From: Octopus vulgaris
Taxonomy: Eukaryota
Reading direction: 5' to 3'
NCBI GenBank assembly: GCA_951406725.2
Contig: OX597821.1
Span: 20,522,001 to 20,586,000, forward strand
Length of the DNA stretch: 64,000 bases
In this document: positions 41,623 to 55,860 of the stretch, in pieces
Numbering within the stretch: position 1 is the stretch's first letter
How the letters are laid out: the number at the start of each line of letters is the position of its first letter
Program-made: the position numbers and the translations under genes
The notes under the pieces: model-generated
Told to the model about the DNA's origin: nothing
Database searches by the model: none
What the model saw: the letters and a program-made list of their open reading frames with translations, nothing else

Positions 41623-43770
41623 ATGGAAATCTACCCATTGGATTTTTCTCTTAAAAAAAGGTACCTACCCTGGCGCAGAAGCAAAGCGTCAAAAGTCTTA
41701 TGGAAAAAACGGAAGATTTTATCCGAAGAATGAGATGGAACGCTTACTTCTTTGACACGAAACAACGAAATAATTGAAACAAATAAGGTCTTAAATCTTC
41801 TAAAAATTGGAAGCTTTTGAAAAAGAACTTTTCGAACTTATTAGAAGAATAAAATTCCGTAAATTCAGTAATCCGCTCCAGAGAAATATGAAAGAAACAA
41901 TTAAAAATATAAGGAACTCGGATAAGATTTTCGTAATCTCCAATAAGAAAAAAAGAAATACGCGGTTGAAAAAGAGCTTTTCAAACATCTTCTTTCAAAC
42001 AGCATTACAGACGCCTACAGAAAAGATAACACATATTTATATAAATAGGTGAAGCAAGAAGATTTGCTAACAATGTTAAAGCTAATAAGAGGATAGAACA
42101 CCTCTCCCCACGCCAACCATATATCACCCTTAAATACTGCAAAGCTAATTTCAATAGAAACCCTAAATGTAGACTAATTAACCCAGCTAAAACTGAAATA
42201 GGCATTATTAGCAAAAATATTTTAGTTTCTATTTCAAACAAGTTAAATAAGGAATTAAATTTACGGATTTTGGGAAATAGTAAGTCAGTTATAGATTGGA
42301 ATTAGTCATAAACACAACTGCAAATTTACGGAGTTCGTTGATTTTTACCCTTCAATATGAAGGACTTTACTTCTTAAAGCATTAGATTTCGCTAAATAAT
42401 ATGCCACCATCGATAACTCGGATTTAGATATTATCTTGATATTATTTTCAAAAGGTTAATGTAATGAAAACAATAATTAAAAAAATTGCATGCAACCACA
42501 TTCCTCGATTTTTACGATGATTCCATCTGGGTTAAAAAGGGCGCGGATTCTTTATTAGATGTACCGATGGGGGCACATGGTAGAGTGGAGTTATGTATGC
42601 TTATAGGAGCTTATATTTTTCATAGCTTGCATCTGGAATTCCCTTATATAGATGCAGGATTATACAGGGATGATGGTCTTATAGTAACCCGTGATTTTAA
42701 CAGCCATGAGTTAGATAGACTTAGGAAGAATCTTATTACTTTCTTCCAAAGATTGGGCTTACGAATAACGATAGAAAATAAACTTAATAATGAAGAGTTT
42801 TTAGATATTAATTTTAGATAAGTTCAAACCCAACCGTAAGCTCAATAAAAATCCATTTTATATTAAGAAAGAGTCAAATCATCCACCCGTAATTCTTAAG
42901 AATCTAGTTAGTAATACAGAAAGGCATATATCATCCATATCTTCAGACGAGACAGCGATTCAAAATACCGCGCCGTGTTATAATAATGCATTAAGGAACA
43001 GTAGATTCTCAGAGAAGATCCAGTATAATTAAACTACGTTTTGTGGTTTAAACATTGCCGTAAAAACAAATATAAGAAAGAAATTCTTAAAACTAATTTC
43101 AAACTAGCCGTAAATTCTATAGTATTTTTAATAGGAGAACGCCGAACGTCAGCCATTCTTGCTGCAAAACTTCGCCTTTTTAACTAATCAGCACAATACG
43201 AAAATCCTTGAGGCTAAACAGTGCCGAATTTAACCAGAAGAATTGCAATTTCAAAGATTAGGCTTGCTGTCTGTCAGGAGGAAAATATATTGAGGAAGGA
43301 ACAGTGTATAGAGCTAAAGTACATATAGATGGCTGACAAGAATACAAAACACACAGGAGCTTCGGGAAATTCCTTTAAGACTAGGTTTTATTCCCAACGA
43401 AACTCTTTTCAATACACTGAAAGCAGGACAGCAACAAGTCTTGTAAAACCTGTCTGGCTATTGAAGGAATATGACGATCGTCCTTTCAATATCAGCTGGA
43501 CAATTTTGAAGAAGGCAGTACCATATAAACATGGCGCATATATATTTCTTTACTACCAACAAAGGGCTAAACCGAGAGGGGACAAACAAGGACAGTCAAA
43601 CGGATTAAGTCATTTACATCGACCCCAGTGTGTAACCGGTACTTAATTTATCGACCCCGACATGTAATTTGTGCCTCTCTGGAGAAAGTTTTGCATTGAA
43701 CCAGAGACGAGGGCTTTTAAATTACTGCAGGCACCTTACGAGATATAAAATATCAACTGAAAAACTGCCG
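41623..43770 (+). mobile_element. Penelope-like retroelement (RT + C-terminal GIY-YIG), near full length, degenerate; possibly Naiad-type
   Basis: EKTEDFIRRMRWNAYFFD, CRLINPAKTEIG, DVPMGAHGRVELCMLIG, GLYRDDGL, FLDINF, SNHPP, HTGASGNSFKTRF, SWTIL and CNLC across frameshifts and stops. Confidence 0.9.
43545..43660 (-). mobile_element. 5'-truncated SINE family A inserted into the Penelope GIY-YIG region
   Basis: Splits the coding sequence between VPYKHGA and TCNLC. Confidence 0.85.
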
Positions 43771-44399
43771 TACGGGTAATTTTTTGATTTCCGAAAATTT
43801 TTTCGACTTTCGCATTTGAATTTGGGTTTTGTACCAAAAATATAGACATCATTTAGTATTACAATGCTGGTACATATTTCGCCTTCATATTTTACATTAA
43901 ACTTTCAAGAAAGCCTTCCATCATTTTGAAAATTTAAATTTTGCCGGGGTAAAATTTTTACTCCATTTTCATATTTAAATTTATATTTATTCAATTTATT
44001 TTCATCAAATTTACATTACACTTAATTATATTATATCAATTTTCTTATGTTTATATTCAATGCACCCGACAATTTTGAATGTATTTATATGCGTGTATAT
44101 GTAATGATCTATATATGTATCTTGATGTGAATATATATATGTAAATATATAAATCTATGTATATATTTATTTGTATATTTGTATGCCTGTCTGCATGTGT
44201 GTTAATATTGTATAAATGTATGTATTTACGTAGATATGCATGTCTTTTTATACGACGGCGTTTTTAAATGTGTGCGTTTGCAAAACTTACAGAAGTATCT
44301 AACATTTGTTAGATACAGTTTGGGAAGGCCAACTTCCAGATCATTTCTCTTTCTCTCTCTCTCTTTCTCTCTCTTACTCTCGTTTACTCTCCCTCTCGC

Positions 44400-44960
44400 A
44401 ATCTGTGTTTTTCTCCTATTAAAAATACTATAGAATTTATCGCAAGTTTGAATATGATTAGAAACCAGTTTTAAGAATTTCCTTGTTATATTTGTTTTTA
44501 TGGTAATGTTTAAACCGCAAAACATTCCTGGTTCTACATGTTCTATTATTGCCAGTAGTTTGACTATACTGGATCTTCTCCGAGTCATTTCCCCTTTGAC
44601 CGTAAAAGATAAGGCTGAAAAGATTGTTGCCTCGAGTCCGCGGTACAACTACCCAATTTGGAGAGGGTGGTACTTTCCAGTTCGTCAACAGGACTTTCGC
44701 CTTATACTTACTATCGTTGAAAATTTTGGATCTAGAATTCAGCAATGTGTTAGAGTTCATAAATCTAAAAACGATGTGAGTTCTTTCAGCTACGCATAGC
44801 TTGCATTTTCTGATCCGTTAACATGTGGATTTTCGACTAGTTATCCCTTTATCTTACGTGGCGTTCGATTTCAAGCCCCTTACGTGACTAGCCAACTTAA
44901 TCCATTTATCTTTGTATCTAGACTTATGTTCTAGTCAAACAGGAAAAATTCTTGGTACAA
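44400..44960 (-). mobile_element. Inverted Penelope-like fragments
   Basis: 44400-44580 (reverse complement) matches ~43005-43140. 44640-44960 gives a second GIY-YIG end: KCKLCVAERTHI..LLNSRSKIF. Confidence 0.75.
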
Positions 44961-45573
44961 TCGAATGATATCCAGTTCGGACATTTTATAACACTCTATG
45001 CCGAAATCAGGTAATATCCGCTTCAGAACTTTCCATATGTAGATTATTATATATCAGCCGCGTCTTTGAGTTTTGTAGTTTTCATATTCTCATTGTAGTT
45101 CATCTGATGCACTAGTGTAGTTTGTTAGACCACTTCAAGCTCCTCTGTTAATTTGATTGACTTCTTCGAACAAAGCAAAATAGCGCAAATAAAACGATAC
45201 AAGCATGCGGATGTGAGTCAAAAGACACGTAAGAAGGAGAAGGTGACTAGGAGAAAGAAAGTAAAACGAAAAAAACACGCCGGAAAAGAAGAACAAGCAG
45301 AAAGCGGAAGAAATAGAAGATAGGAGATACAGGAGGAAAGAAAAATTTGCACAAAGAAAGTTATGTATAAAGACATTATTTATGCCTCTCCTTGTATATC
45401 ATGATTACGCGGAGTTCTTTAGTGATCGGAAATGAATCTGCTAGTCTGGTGTATTCATATTAAGAAAGCACTTGAGAAGTATTTTCCCTGATTGATAATC
45501 CCTCACTAGCTACTCCAAATTCTGATAGATAGATATATGAGTATATATATATATATATATATATATATGATAT

Positions 45574-45620
<47 letters not shown>

Positions 45621-45636
45621 ATGATATATATATATG

Positions 45637-45677
<41 letters not shown>

Positions 45678-46448
45678 CATATATATATATACATATATAT
45701 ATATACATATATACATATATATATATATACATATATATATATACATATACATACATATATATATAATTGCCAACACAATTATATCGGACAGACGAGCCTT
45801 CCTTAAAGCAGAAGAGTAGCAGTACATAAAGAACAGATAAATCTCCTACAATACCGTCAAATTCCACTCAGTAGCCACATAGACTCTTTCACTAGAAATA
45901 AAACTCACAAATTTCGTATATTCCCTTTCTATCAATGTAAAGACAGAATCTCCTCACAAAAAAGAATCAACAAGGAGAATCTTTTTATCGAAATAATTCC
46001 AAACGCTTCTTAATATGCAAACTTCCTTTTTCTAGCATCCTATTTAACAAAAAATAGATATAAGCATCCTAGTTGACAAAAAATCCAGCATTCAAATTAA
46101 AGAGTATAAAATCCAAGGAATCGTCTCCCCTTATTCAAAGGAACTGGATAATTCCTACCCCTATTCCTCCCAAAAAGTTTTTCCATTGAATAATATTGAA
46201 ATTTAAAAGCTTAAAGACACTATAATGTATTGGTATACTTATTTATTAATTGTTGTATATATTTATTATTTTTTGAAAAAAACATTATAAACTTTTCTCC
46301 TTCCTTGTCTTAAAAATAATTTTTCCCCTTCCTCATCTTGAAAATTTGCCTTGAAATGAATGCCGGTTTGATTTCCTTTTTTAATGTTTCTTACACCTAT
46401 TTATATTTAAATTTGCTTTCAGTTTAGCATTCCGCCTTATTATTATTA

Positions 46449-46498
<50 letters not shown>

Positions 46499-46553
46499 TT
46501 TCCTTTCCTATCATTTCTCCACGTGCATTTAACACAACCCCACCATTTACTGA

Positions 46554-47020
<467 letters not shown>

Positions 47021-48500
47021 GTGTGAACATATTCTGTATAACTAGTGTTAATGTTCGAATTGTTTTAAGAATGAATGCTATCTTATTTGGGTGTGAGAAA
47101 CTACCTACATGTATGTGTGTGTGCGCCTATATATGTGTGGCAGTATGTCTATGAAGCAGCTAGGGAGAAAATATGTTGCAGCTATTGTTGGTCAAGCAGC
47201 TGATAAAAACCTGTGTCTGTGTGTTCGTCTGTGACCAGTTTATAGACAGATGACTTGTCGAACAAGGGGAGTATAATCCCCGATATTGTTTCTAAATAAG
47301 TAGCAGATCATACGCTAAAAGGGGAGTAATTTCCCCTTTCAAATTTAATTCAAAATTTTTTTCCAAATTTTTTCAAAAATTTTTTCTTTCTTAGGACATC
47401 AAGGTGTTAATTATCTTAGACTTCAATTGTATGCAAGAAATGTATGCCGCCTCCAGTGGGGACATCTAAAAGAGTTTTGCAAAATCGAGTTAACTAGCTG
47501 CCCTCGGGCGAACAAAATGTGAAAAAGTTCAGAGTTGCAAAGATTACAGATTCTTTTGCCTCTATCAAACGGTATAGACACCGATAAAATCGACCATTCC
47601 AGTCTAAAGGCTGAATTCGCGTTCTTCAAACGCCAGATTAATTTACTTAGTCCGGTCGCGTGTTACTTTCCAAAATCGCGAAACGTTGTGAAGTGGTTCG
47701 ATATTCTCACGGCCAATTTTGATGATGACGCTCCGATATACAAGTAGACATCTGATTCAGTATAAACTCTGCATTGGTAAATGGCATTTCTAATCTTGGA
47801 ATTACTAGATAAGAACCTTATTCTATTGGGATTGGCTTCCGATATTAATACGGCGTTCTTATTACTATGATGATTGTAAGAACTACGGCTGTCTTCGACA
47901 TTATACACCCCATTATCAATACTATTTAATGGAATATCACCTGTATATTCCCTGCCACTGAGATCGCTGTGATTGCTAATGTCCGTGATGCTACTGTTGT
48001 TAAACCCGCTGCTAAAATTGTTATTGGGACTCTCTACTTTAATGACTCGGACAGAGCTCTCATCCCTATTCCCATTACTAACGTTAATGCCGTCACCATT
48101 GCTCCTATCTTTATTCCTATTATTAACTCCATGGCTGGTATGGAGATTGCTAATCTATGTGCCGGTTCTATTATCATTATTCTGGCATTATCGTTATTCT
48201 GGCATTAGACGGAGCTGCGTCTCCGAACGTGGGTGAGAGGGTCTTATTTAGCAGCTTATTGTTATGGGAGGAAATTATCTGCGAGAGATTTTTAGTATTG
48301 GAGAAGGCTATCCTAACTTTGTATGAGTTAACAGTGGCGTAATATCTGGAATTTCTGGGAAAATTACTGGCAATGGCTTGGCGAAACTGCAGGGGTAGGT
48401 TAGATCTTATTTGTTTACCAAAGGGAATAACAAACCAAATATATTTATTCCTGTTTTTGTACTGGGTCGGGGAGTCAACTCTGACATTAAGGTGGGTATT

Positions 48501-48853
48501 TCTTTGGATTTCTGTAATTCTTCCCCTACCCAATGTTAACCGGAATTTGACCTCGAATCATCTCAACGGACTTTTTCGTCGGCCTTCACCCACCCTGACG
48601 TCAACGCATATTGGGAGACAGTTTTGTGCCATTCATACCATGGGCTCCTTGGGAGCGTTTGTTCGAAAAGCTTGCTGCGCATTTGTTTGGAGATTTAAGT
48701 TCCTGGATTTTCCTGAAGAGAATGCTGCAAAATGGTCTCCTTATTCAATCCGAATTAGGGAATTTGCAGCCTTTGAAACATGTGTAGAAAATAATAAAAA
48801 GGAATTTTGTAAAATCTTCGTTCAGCTCCATTTCTTCCCTCACTAAATATATA
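48501..48853. repeat. Inverted repeat, right arm (inverted 5' pLTR)
   Basis: Reverse complement of 46668-47020. Confidence 0.95.
48707..48792 (+). ncRNA. Type I hammerhead ribozyme in the inverted pLTR
   Basis: Same 86-nt fold as 46729-46814. CTGAAGA at 48713, GAAA at 48775, predicted cleavage after A48786. Confidence 0.8.
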
Positions 48854-48998
48854 AAACTTCAATTATCCGCACGAAGGCACGGTTGCAATACCCCATGGTC
48901 GTAACCTCAACCATGATTTTTCTGTTGTGATTTTTGCTACCCAGGTATCGGTTATAATTTGAATATTCCGTAGCAAGATAATTCATTTATCCATTTCA

Positions 48999-49096
<98 letters not shown>

Positions 49097-49139
49097 GTAT
49101 ATGCATATATATATGTAAATATATATATAGATATACGTA

Positions 49140-49189
<50 letters not shown>

Positions 49190-49285
49190 TGTATGTATTT
49201 ATGTGGCTGTGTTCCCCTTCGTTGCCTAAGTGAAAGGACTGAAACAATAAAAGAATAAAGGAATAAAAATCTCCCCGCCTCTATT

Positions 49286-49328
<43 letters not shown>

Positions 49329-50292
49329 ATGTACATCTGAATTTGTATTTTCTATAGGCGAGAGTGTGTGTGCACGTGCATATTTATCTATGTATTCTTT
49401 GTATATATGGACAACAAACTGATAGAAATATCAATAAGTTTTCATTTAGTGTGCTTTTCAGTGACTATAAAAAAAGAGTGTTGACAATATGACAGATAGT
49501 AGAGGCATATATCAATATTCTGAAGGAAGGTAGAATAATGCTGAAAGACATCATTCTATTTATCCACTAGCAAGGATTATTATAAACCATGTGTGTATAC
49601 ATGTGCGTGTATGTGTGTGTGTGTTTGTGTGCTTTTTTGTTCGCGCAGGTCTGTGTTCGTGTTCGTGTATATGTGTGTGTACATGTGTATGTATATGTAT
49701 GTATTTGTGACTATGTGTGACGAGAACGTGAGTTGCTTGATGTGTGTGTATGTGTGTATGTACATGTAGTTGTATTGAAGAATGTGCACAAAATTATTTT
49801 TCAGTGAACAGAAATTTTGATATTTAGAAAGAAAACAAATGCCTAACAGCATAGGAGAGTGCCTCACATAGAATTATAATATGGTCTTAATATGTACATT
49901 ATTAACGGCAAACACATTCTTGGTGTTGGAGTGCTTTGGTAGTATTGCGTAAAGACATATGTTTAGTTATCATGAAAGTTCGAGTCATCTACACTGCACT
50001 GACGAATCTCAGAAGCATCGAAACTTATCCCATATCGTCAATGGTGAAAGCGAAAATGTTTTCAATAAAAGAGGATGATTGATTTTCTCTTCATTTTTAA
50101 GTTTTAGTAATCAAATTATCTGGTATTTGCTTGCGATAAGCTGCTAGCAATTCTGTGTTTTTATTCTTTTCTTTCTGCGACAAAGGTGAAAATTTCCGTT
50201 TATTATCATATTTTATTTTGTAATTTTGATTTTGTAAACGTCATTCAGTGCATCCGAACCTACTTATAGATGTATATTTGTGAATTCGAGGT

Positions 50293-50395
50293 AACATAAC
50301 GTTTCAGCTGATATACTCTCCGGCCTACATCAGGTGCCTTGGGAAAATTTCGAACCTGCATACCTAAGGAATTTTTTTGATGTTTTTATTATAAT
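50293..50395 (-). mobile_element. Partial copy of the hammerhead-bearing element at 56 kb (core mutated to CTGATGT)
   Basis: Reverse complement CCCAAGGCAC-CTGATGTAGGCCGGAGAGTATATCAGCT-GAAACGTT-ATGTT aligns with 56120-56172. Confidence 0.75.
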
Positions 50396-53300
50396 TTTTT
50401 TTCTTCTTCTTTCAAATTTGCTTCCATTTCTTGCCGAGTGTCTTCCCAACTCCTAGGGCAAAGAGACTCATAGTATAAATTGGTAGGCCATTAAACTAAA
50501 CTCAATAGTTCGCTCATTCTTTTTTAAAGTTAAATTAAAATACATGGGTAGTAATAGTTCTCGCATCGACAATGCTCTTCTCAATACGTGTGATGTACCA
50601 TTTAAGACAGTCTTTTGCACTTCTTGCAGGGATGGTAAGCCAGGGATCATTCTCATATAATTTTCGGTTCCCTTCTTGATCATTTCTAGTGCTCCTACGA
50701 TCACTGGTATTGTAACCGCCTTGAGATGCCACATTTCTCAATTTCAATGAGCAGGTCTTTATATTTTCTGAGCTTGTCAAACTCTTTCGCCGAGATATTA
50801 TGATCTCAGGGGATGCTCATGTCGATCAATAAGCAAACTTTATTGTTTTGGTCTTTCACAATATCTGGTTTATTGGCTTTGATGGTTCGGTCTGTATGTA
50901 CTGGAAAGTCCCACAGAATGGTTACATTTTCTCCTTCAGTTACAGCTTCAGGGTGGTGATTATACCACTTGTCGGCAGTTTTGATATTGTAATGCCGACT
51001 TATTAGCCAGTGGAGATATTGGCCAATTCTGTCATGTCTTAATTTATACTCCACTGGTGCTAAGACTTTACATCCAGAGATTAGGTGGTCCACTGTTTCA
51101 ATCATATCATTGCAGAATCGGCATTTTGGGTCTGCTCCATTTTTCATCACATTGGCCTGGTAGTTCCGAGTTAATAGGCTTTGATCTTGAGTAGCCAGGA
51201 TAAAACCTTCGCTCTCTGCTTTTAGCCCTGAGCTCCGTAGCCACTGATGGGTTTGCTTCTGGTCAACATCAGCTTGTTTGCTGCGGGCCACATATTTGCC
51301 GTGCAGAGGTTTCTCCTCCCACCTATCAGCCAATTGCTCGTGCGCTTTTTTCGGTGCCATTATTTCCACCTTCTTTGCAACAATAGTTGCCGTACTTCCC
51401 TCGGGTTGTTCAATTTGGGTATCCTGCACGAGATCAATAGCAATTTTTTTGCTTTCCTTTATGATAGAATGAAGCTTCTTTCGTCTCTCGTGATTTTCCA
51501 CGAGCTTTAGCATCCAGTTATTCGTTATTTCAAGATATTTGGCCAGTCCAATTGTGGTTGTTTTGTAAGCTAGTTCAAATTGGATCAGGCTTCGACCTTC
51601 TTGGGCTCTGGGAAGGTAAAGGCGATCTACGTCTGCCTTTGGGTGGTGCATCCTATTACAACTCAGCAGCTTGCGTATTTTCCTATCTATATTCTTTACT
51701 TCACTCATATTCCAGTTCAACACATTGTAGCTATAAGAAACAACTGGAACTGCTAAGGAATTTATAGCTAACACCTTGTTACGTGCATTTAGTTCAGATT
51801 TCAGGACTGCACGAACTCTCCTATAACATTCCTTCATGATCTTCTCTTTCATGCTTGCATGCTGAATACCAGAGCCTTCATTTATCCCTAAATATTTGTA
51901 TGTTTGTTCTTGCTCAAGCTCTCTTATGACTGTGTCAACATCTAACACACCTGAATTTGTGGTCTTCACTTTCCCTTTGTGGAAAGTGGCCTTGGCACAC
52001 TTCTCAAGCCCGAACTCCATCCCGATGTCATCGCTGAATGCTTTCACATTGTGCAATAGGTCTTCAAGTTCATTATCGTCTTTACCATAGAGTTTTAAGT
52101 CATCCATATAAAATAGATGGCTTATTTTTTTATTGGCAGTTTTATACCCATACCCTGTTCTGTTTTATACCACTCTAATTATACCATTAGAGTGGTATAA
52201 TTGGAGATTCGTATTCCACAACGACATATTGTGCTTCAGGAAGCTTGAAATCACAGGGGCAATTTTGAATATGTCCAGCAATCTTAAGATCCATGGATGC
52301 GGTATACTGTCGAAAGCCTTTTTATAGTCAATACATGCGGAGCTGAGATTTCTGCGCTTGTTGTGACAGTTCTCAAGGATCATACGATTAATTAGCAGTT
52401 GATCTTTGCATCCGTATGAGCCTCGGCAGCACCCTTTTTGTTCAATGGGGAAAATATCGTTCTTCTCCATGAATGCATGTTTTCTCCGCAAGGATAGATG
52501 TTAGGATTTTGTACGTGGTGGATAGACAGGTTATAGGCCGATAGTTTTTTGGAAGGTTGGTTTCGTTATTCTTTGGGAGTAGGTAAGTATTACCACTTGC
52601 TAACCATTCAGGTGTTTTCTTTGGGTCTCTCAAAATTCCATTGAGCAGCTGAACTAGCTTGCCGTGTGCGCATGGGAGCGATGCGAGCCAGAAATTCGGC
52701 ACCCTATCTTTACCGGGGTATTTCCAATTATGGGCCTTCGTGAGTGCCTTTCTTAGGTCTGCTATTGTGATGTCTTCCCATGCTTGTTGTAAATTTTGGT
52801 AGGATCCTTCAGTTTGTATAATCCAGTCTGCATTTGTGTTGTACGTCTTCTTGTCACTCCAAATCCTTTTCCAAAAGTTTTTGACTTCTTCCACGAGAGG
52901 GGGGTCTTTAACGGTTACTTTCTCCTTCCCTATTTCTCTGTAGAATTTTTTGGCATTAGATGTGAACAGCTTATTTTGCTTGTAAAACTTGTTTCTCTTC
53001 TCAAATATTCGTATTCTTTGGGCTTTTGCTTGGACTTTTTGCTTCAGCGTTCCTTTTATTGATATCAGTTCTTCTCTTGGTGAGGATCCAAATTTTCTCT
53101 TCATCTTTCTTCCTGTTCTGGATCTTACATCATTTCCACATATTAGTTCATTTAATATTGATATTTCCCCTCTCATAAATTCAATCTCTCTTTCAATTTT
53201 ACTTCTCCAGGTTTGATTTCTTCCCATGTTTGGTTTTCTTTGTTTTTTCGGGGGCATACAGCTGGTTTCAATTGCCCTAGCAGAAGCGTAAATAATTTCA

Positions 53301-54185
53301 TTTAACTCAGTAAAATCAGGCTTTAATTCTTGTATTATTTCATTTGTTACATAGTTGCCAATTTGGATTTGTTTTTTATTTTGGTTTGTATTTGAGAGTT
53401 TATGAAGTGGTTCTCTATCATTCATACTTGTATGTCTTACAACTTCAAGCGTATTCAGGATTTTCTGCCTCATTTCTGCCATAGACTCTCTGTGTTCTTC
53501 AGCAAATGCGAGATCTTCAGTTACTGTTGCTTTATCATTTTCCTGGCTATCTTTAACAGGTTCAATAAAATTTCTTGTATCTTCAGGCCTTTGCGTACTT
53601 TGGTCAGATGGCAGTCTTTCAATTAAGCCTCGTGGCGGGCTATACTGTTCATCTGATTCTTCATTTCCTTTGTGTCTTATATTTATGTCATTTTCCGTTG
53701 CGTGCTTGATCGCGCTTATTTCACTGTCTGTGAGTCTGTTATTTCTAAGGATATCCCTCCTCACATTTGCCAATTTGTTCTCGTCCAAATAGGGCCTACT
53801 GTCTTGATTCCGTGTTCTCCATATACTGTAAGAGTTTGCGGTGTGTCTCTCTTGAGATGGCCTACCTAATGCATAGTAATAAGCATATATTACTTCTTTA
53901 TACTCTTCGCGGGTCCATTTGTTCCGCTTAGATTTTTCTTTCTGTGGTGGTGAACTTGGAGGACTCGAGTGACCATCCATGTCCGTATTCGGAGAAGAGT
54001 TTGTGCCAGTTGATGACTTTTCGATCCCAGGCTGGCTCTTCCCTGGGGGACGCGCTTCCAGATTAACCATAGGACAAGCGCTTTGGTATACTGATTTAGT
54101 TTTCCTTTTAGTTTCCAAAAACATTTTGGTGCTACGATAATGTTATCATTTTTGAGCTTTGATTGGCTCGTGGGGAGACAGCCAT
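50396..54185 (-). mobile_element. Near full-length R4/Dong-type LINE (RT-CCHC-RLE), inactivated
   Basis: ORF pieces 52442-54124 (RNKWTREE, NWKYPG, NYRPITCL), 52165-52491 (IDYKKAFDSIPH), 50806-52107 (MDDLKLY, YKYLG, CRFC..H..C, RHD, KPDIV, IDMSIP) and 50468-50734. Frameshifts present; the QGD motif is absent. Confidence 0.96.
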
Positions 54186-55385
54186 CATTGCCGTTACAAT
54201 TATAATCGTACCATTATAGCAGCCGTAATCGGCTTATTATTGTTACCATCATCACCATTATTATCACTATCATCATTATCGCCACCATTACTATCATCAT
54301 TATCATCATCACCATCACCATCACCATCATCATCATCAATGATATTGTTTTATGTGTAGTCACTGCAGTATCTTATTATTGTTATTTTTGTTTTTTATCA
54401 TTATCACCATCACAGTAGTGTCTGTTTGTCTCGTTGGCTGGCTGGGTAGTTGGCTTGCTGGCTGTCTTCAACGCCAGAATTCTTGCCTGTCAAATAATAC
54501 TTTCATATTTGGTTAACATCTAAAGAGCCGAGGTGAGGTTTGTGTTGGCTGAACTCTGTGAGTGTGTGTGTGTGTGTAGATAGATAGATATATTATCAGC
54601 ACTATTACTATCATTATTATCATCATCACCATCAATGATATTTATTTATTTATTTTTCCTTTTTTTAAAATTTTTTTTTAATTTTTAGGTGCGGTCCTAT
54701 CGGTCAAAAAAAGTTCAAATGTCTGCTACTACTAGCCTTAAGAAAAATTAAGGAAGGGCTGTTCTGTATTGTTTGTGAATAGAGAAGTTGTTTTCGATCA
54801 GAGAGAATCTTAGCATCATTATTTTTTTTCCATGTGCGTTTGTGTTATTGCAATAAAAAGTCTTTGTATATTTCGTGTAAGGTAATATTGTGGAGGTTGA
54901 AGTTGACTTTTCTAGAGACGTTTGTATGTCCAGTTAGAAGAACAGGTGTGTTTTCGCAATAAAAAGTATATGTTTACATTTATATTTGAATATTCAGGGA
55001 GGAAGCAAAGAAAAGTCAGATTTTCAGAGAAAGTTTTAAGGTTTTGAAAGTCCACAAAAAGAAAAGCGTGATGTTTTTTAGAGAGAAGAAAAAGAAAAAG
55101 GATGTTTACAGAGGCAGTTGTGGGTATTAAAGATTTTAAAGCTGATCGGATGTATGTTTGAAAACTGTAGATACGTAAATTTGTAAATTTCTTAACTTAT
55201 TTTGAAAAGAATTTTAAATACTCACAAGATATTATATATGTTCCAGTCTTTGAGAGTTATTTTTCCCCGTTGCTAAACTGGGTCATATTAGTGTTTCTAT
55301 GGCTTTCGGCTACTGAACTGTCGGAGCAGTGAGGAATACGTCCAGCCGCTGTCAAGACTGGCGCTCCTCTCTTATTATTATTATT

Positions 55386-55860
55386 GAGTGAGAGAGCAGT
55401 GCATGCCATCAAAGTGACACTGGGGTAAAATATACGAAGCCCAATATACCCATCATGACTACCCGTCTGATAAGGGTACACCAGGCACATGCATCACAAC
55501 CATATGTGTGCGACATGGTGATCTCATATCAAGATAAACAGCACATGACCTTGCAGGTGGGGCCCAGTTAGAATTTTCTTCAGGTTGAGTAGCCCATCCC
55601 GCTCAAAAGGTCCCTGAATAAGGGTTGTTTAAGGATGTTGAAAGAACCACCCATGTTTCCAGAGGTGAATTATTCAAACCCCAAAGAATCCCTCTCAACA
55701 CATGGCTATGATGCTCCCCCACTACTTCTGCTCGTGATCAGAGATGCACATATCATCAGCCACTAAGGGACATGCTCAACTGGTTAAGGTCAAACAACTG
55801 ACAAGCAAATCTGTGGTATTGAGCAGAATATTTGCTGTAGCCCATCTTTTATACCAAGAC
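55386..55860 (-). mobile_element. ~555-bp element, copy 3 (5'-truncated by ~80 bp)
   Basis: Reverse complement of ~8584-9058; (ATT)n on both sides. Confidence 0.9.

Noticed and set aside
48373-48846. Duplicated ~100-aa ORF (also 46675-46974) as a protein gene
   Set aside because: The duplication is explained by the inverted repeat; no recognisable motif, and it overlaps the hammerhead.
54125-54190. HDV-like ribozyme at the 5' end of the R4/Dong LINE
   Set aside because: Only a short GGCT/AGCC hairpin; the nested double pseudoknot could not be built.
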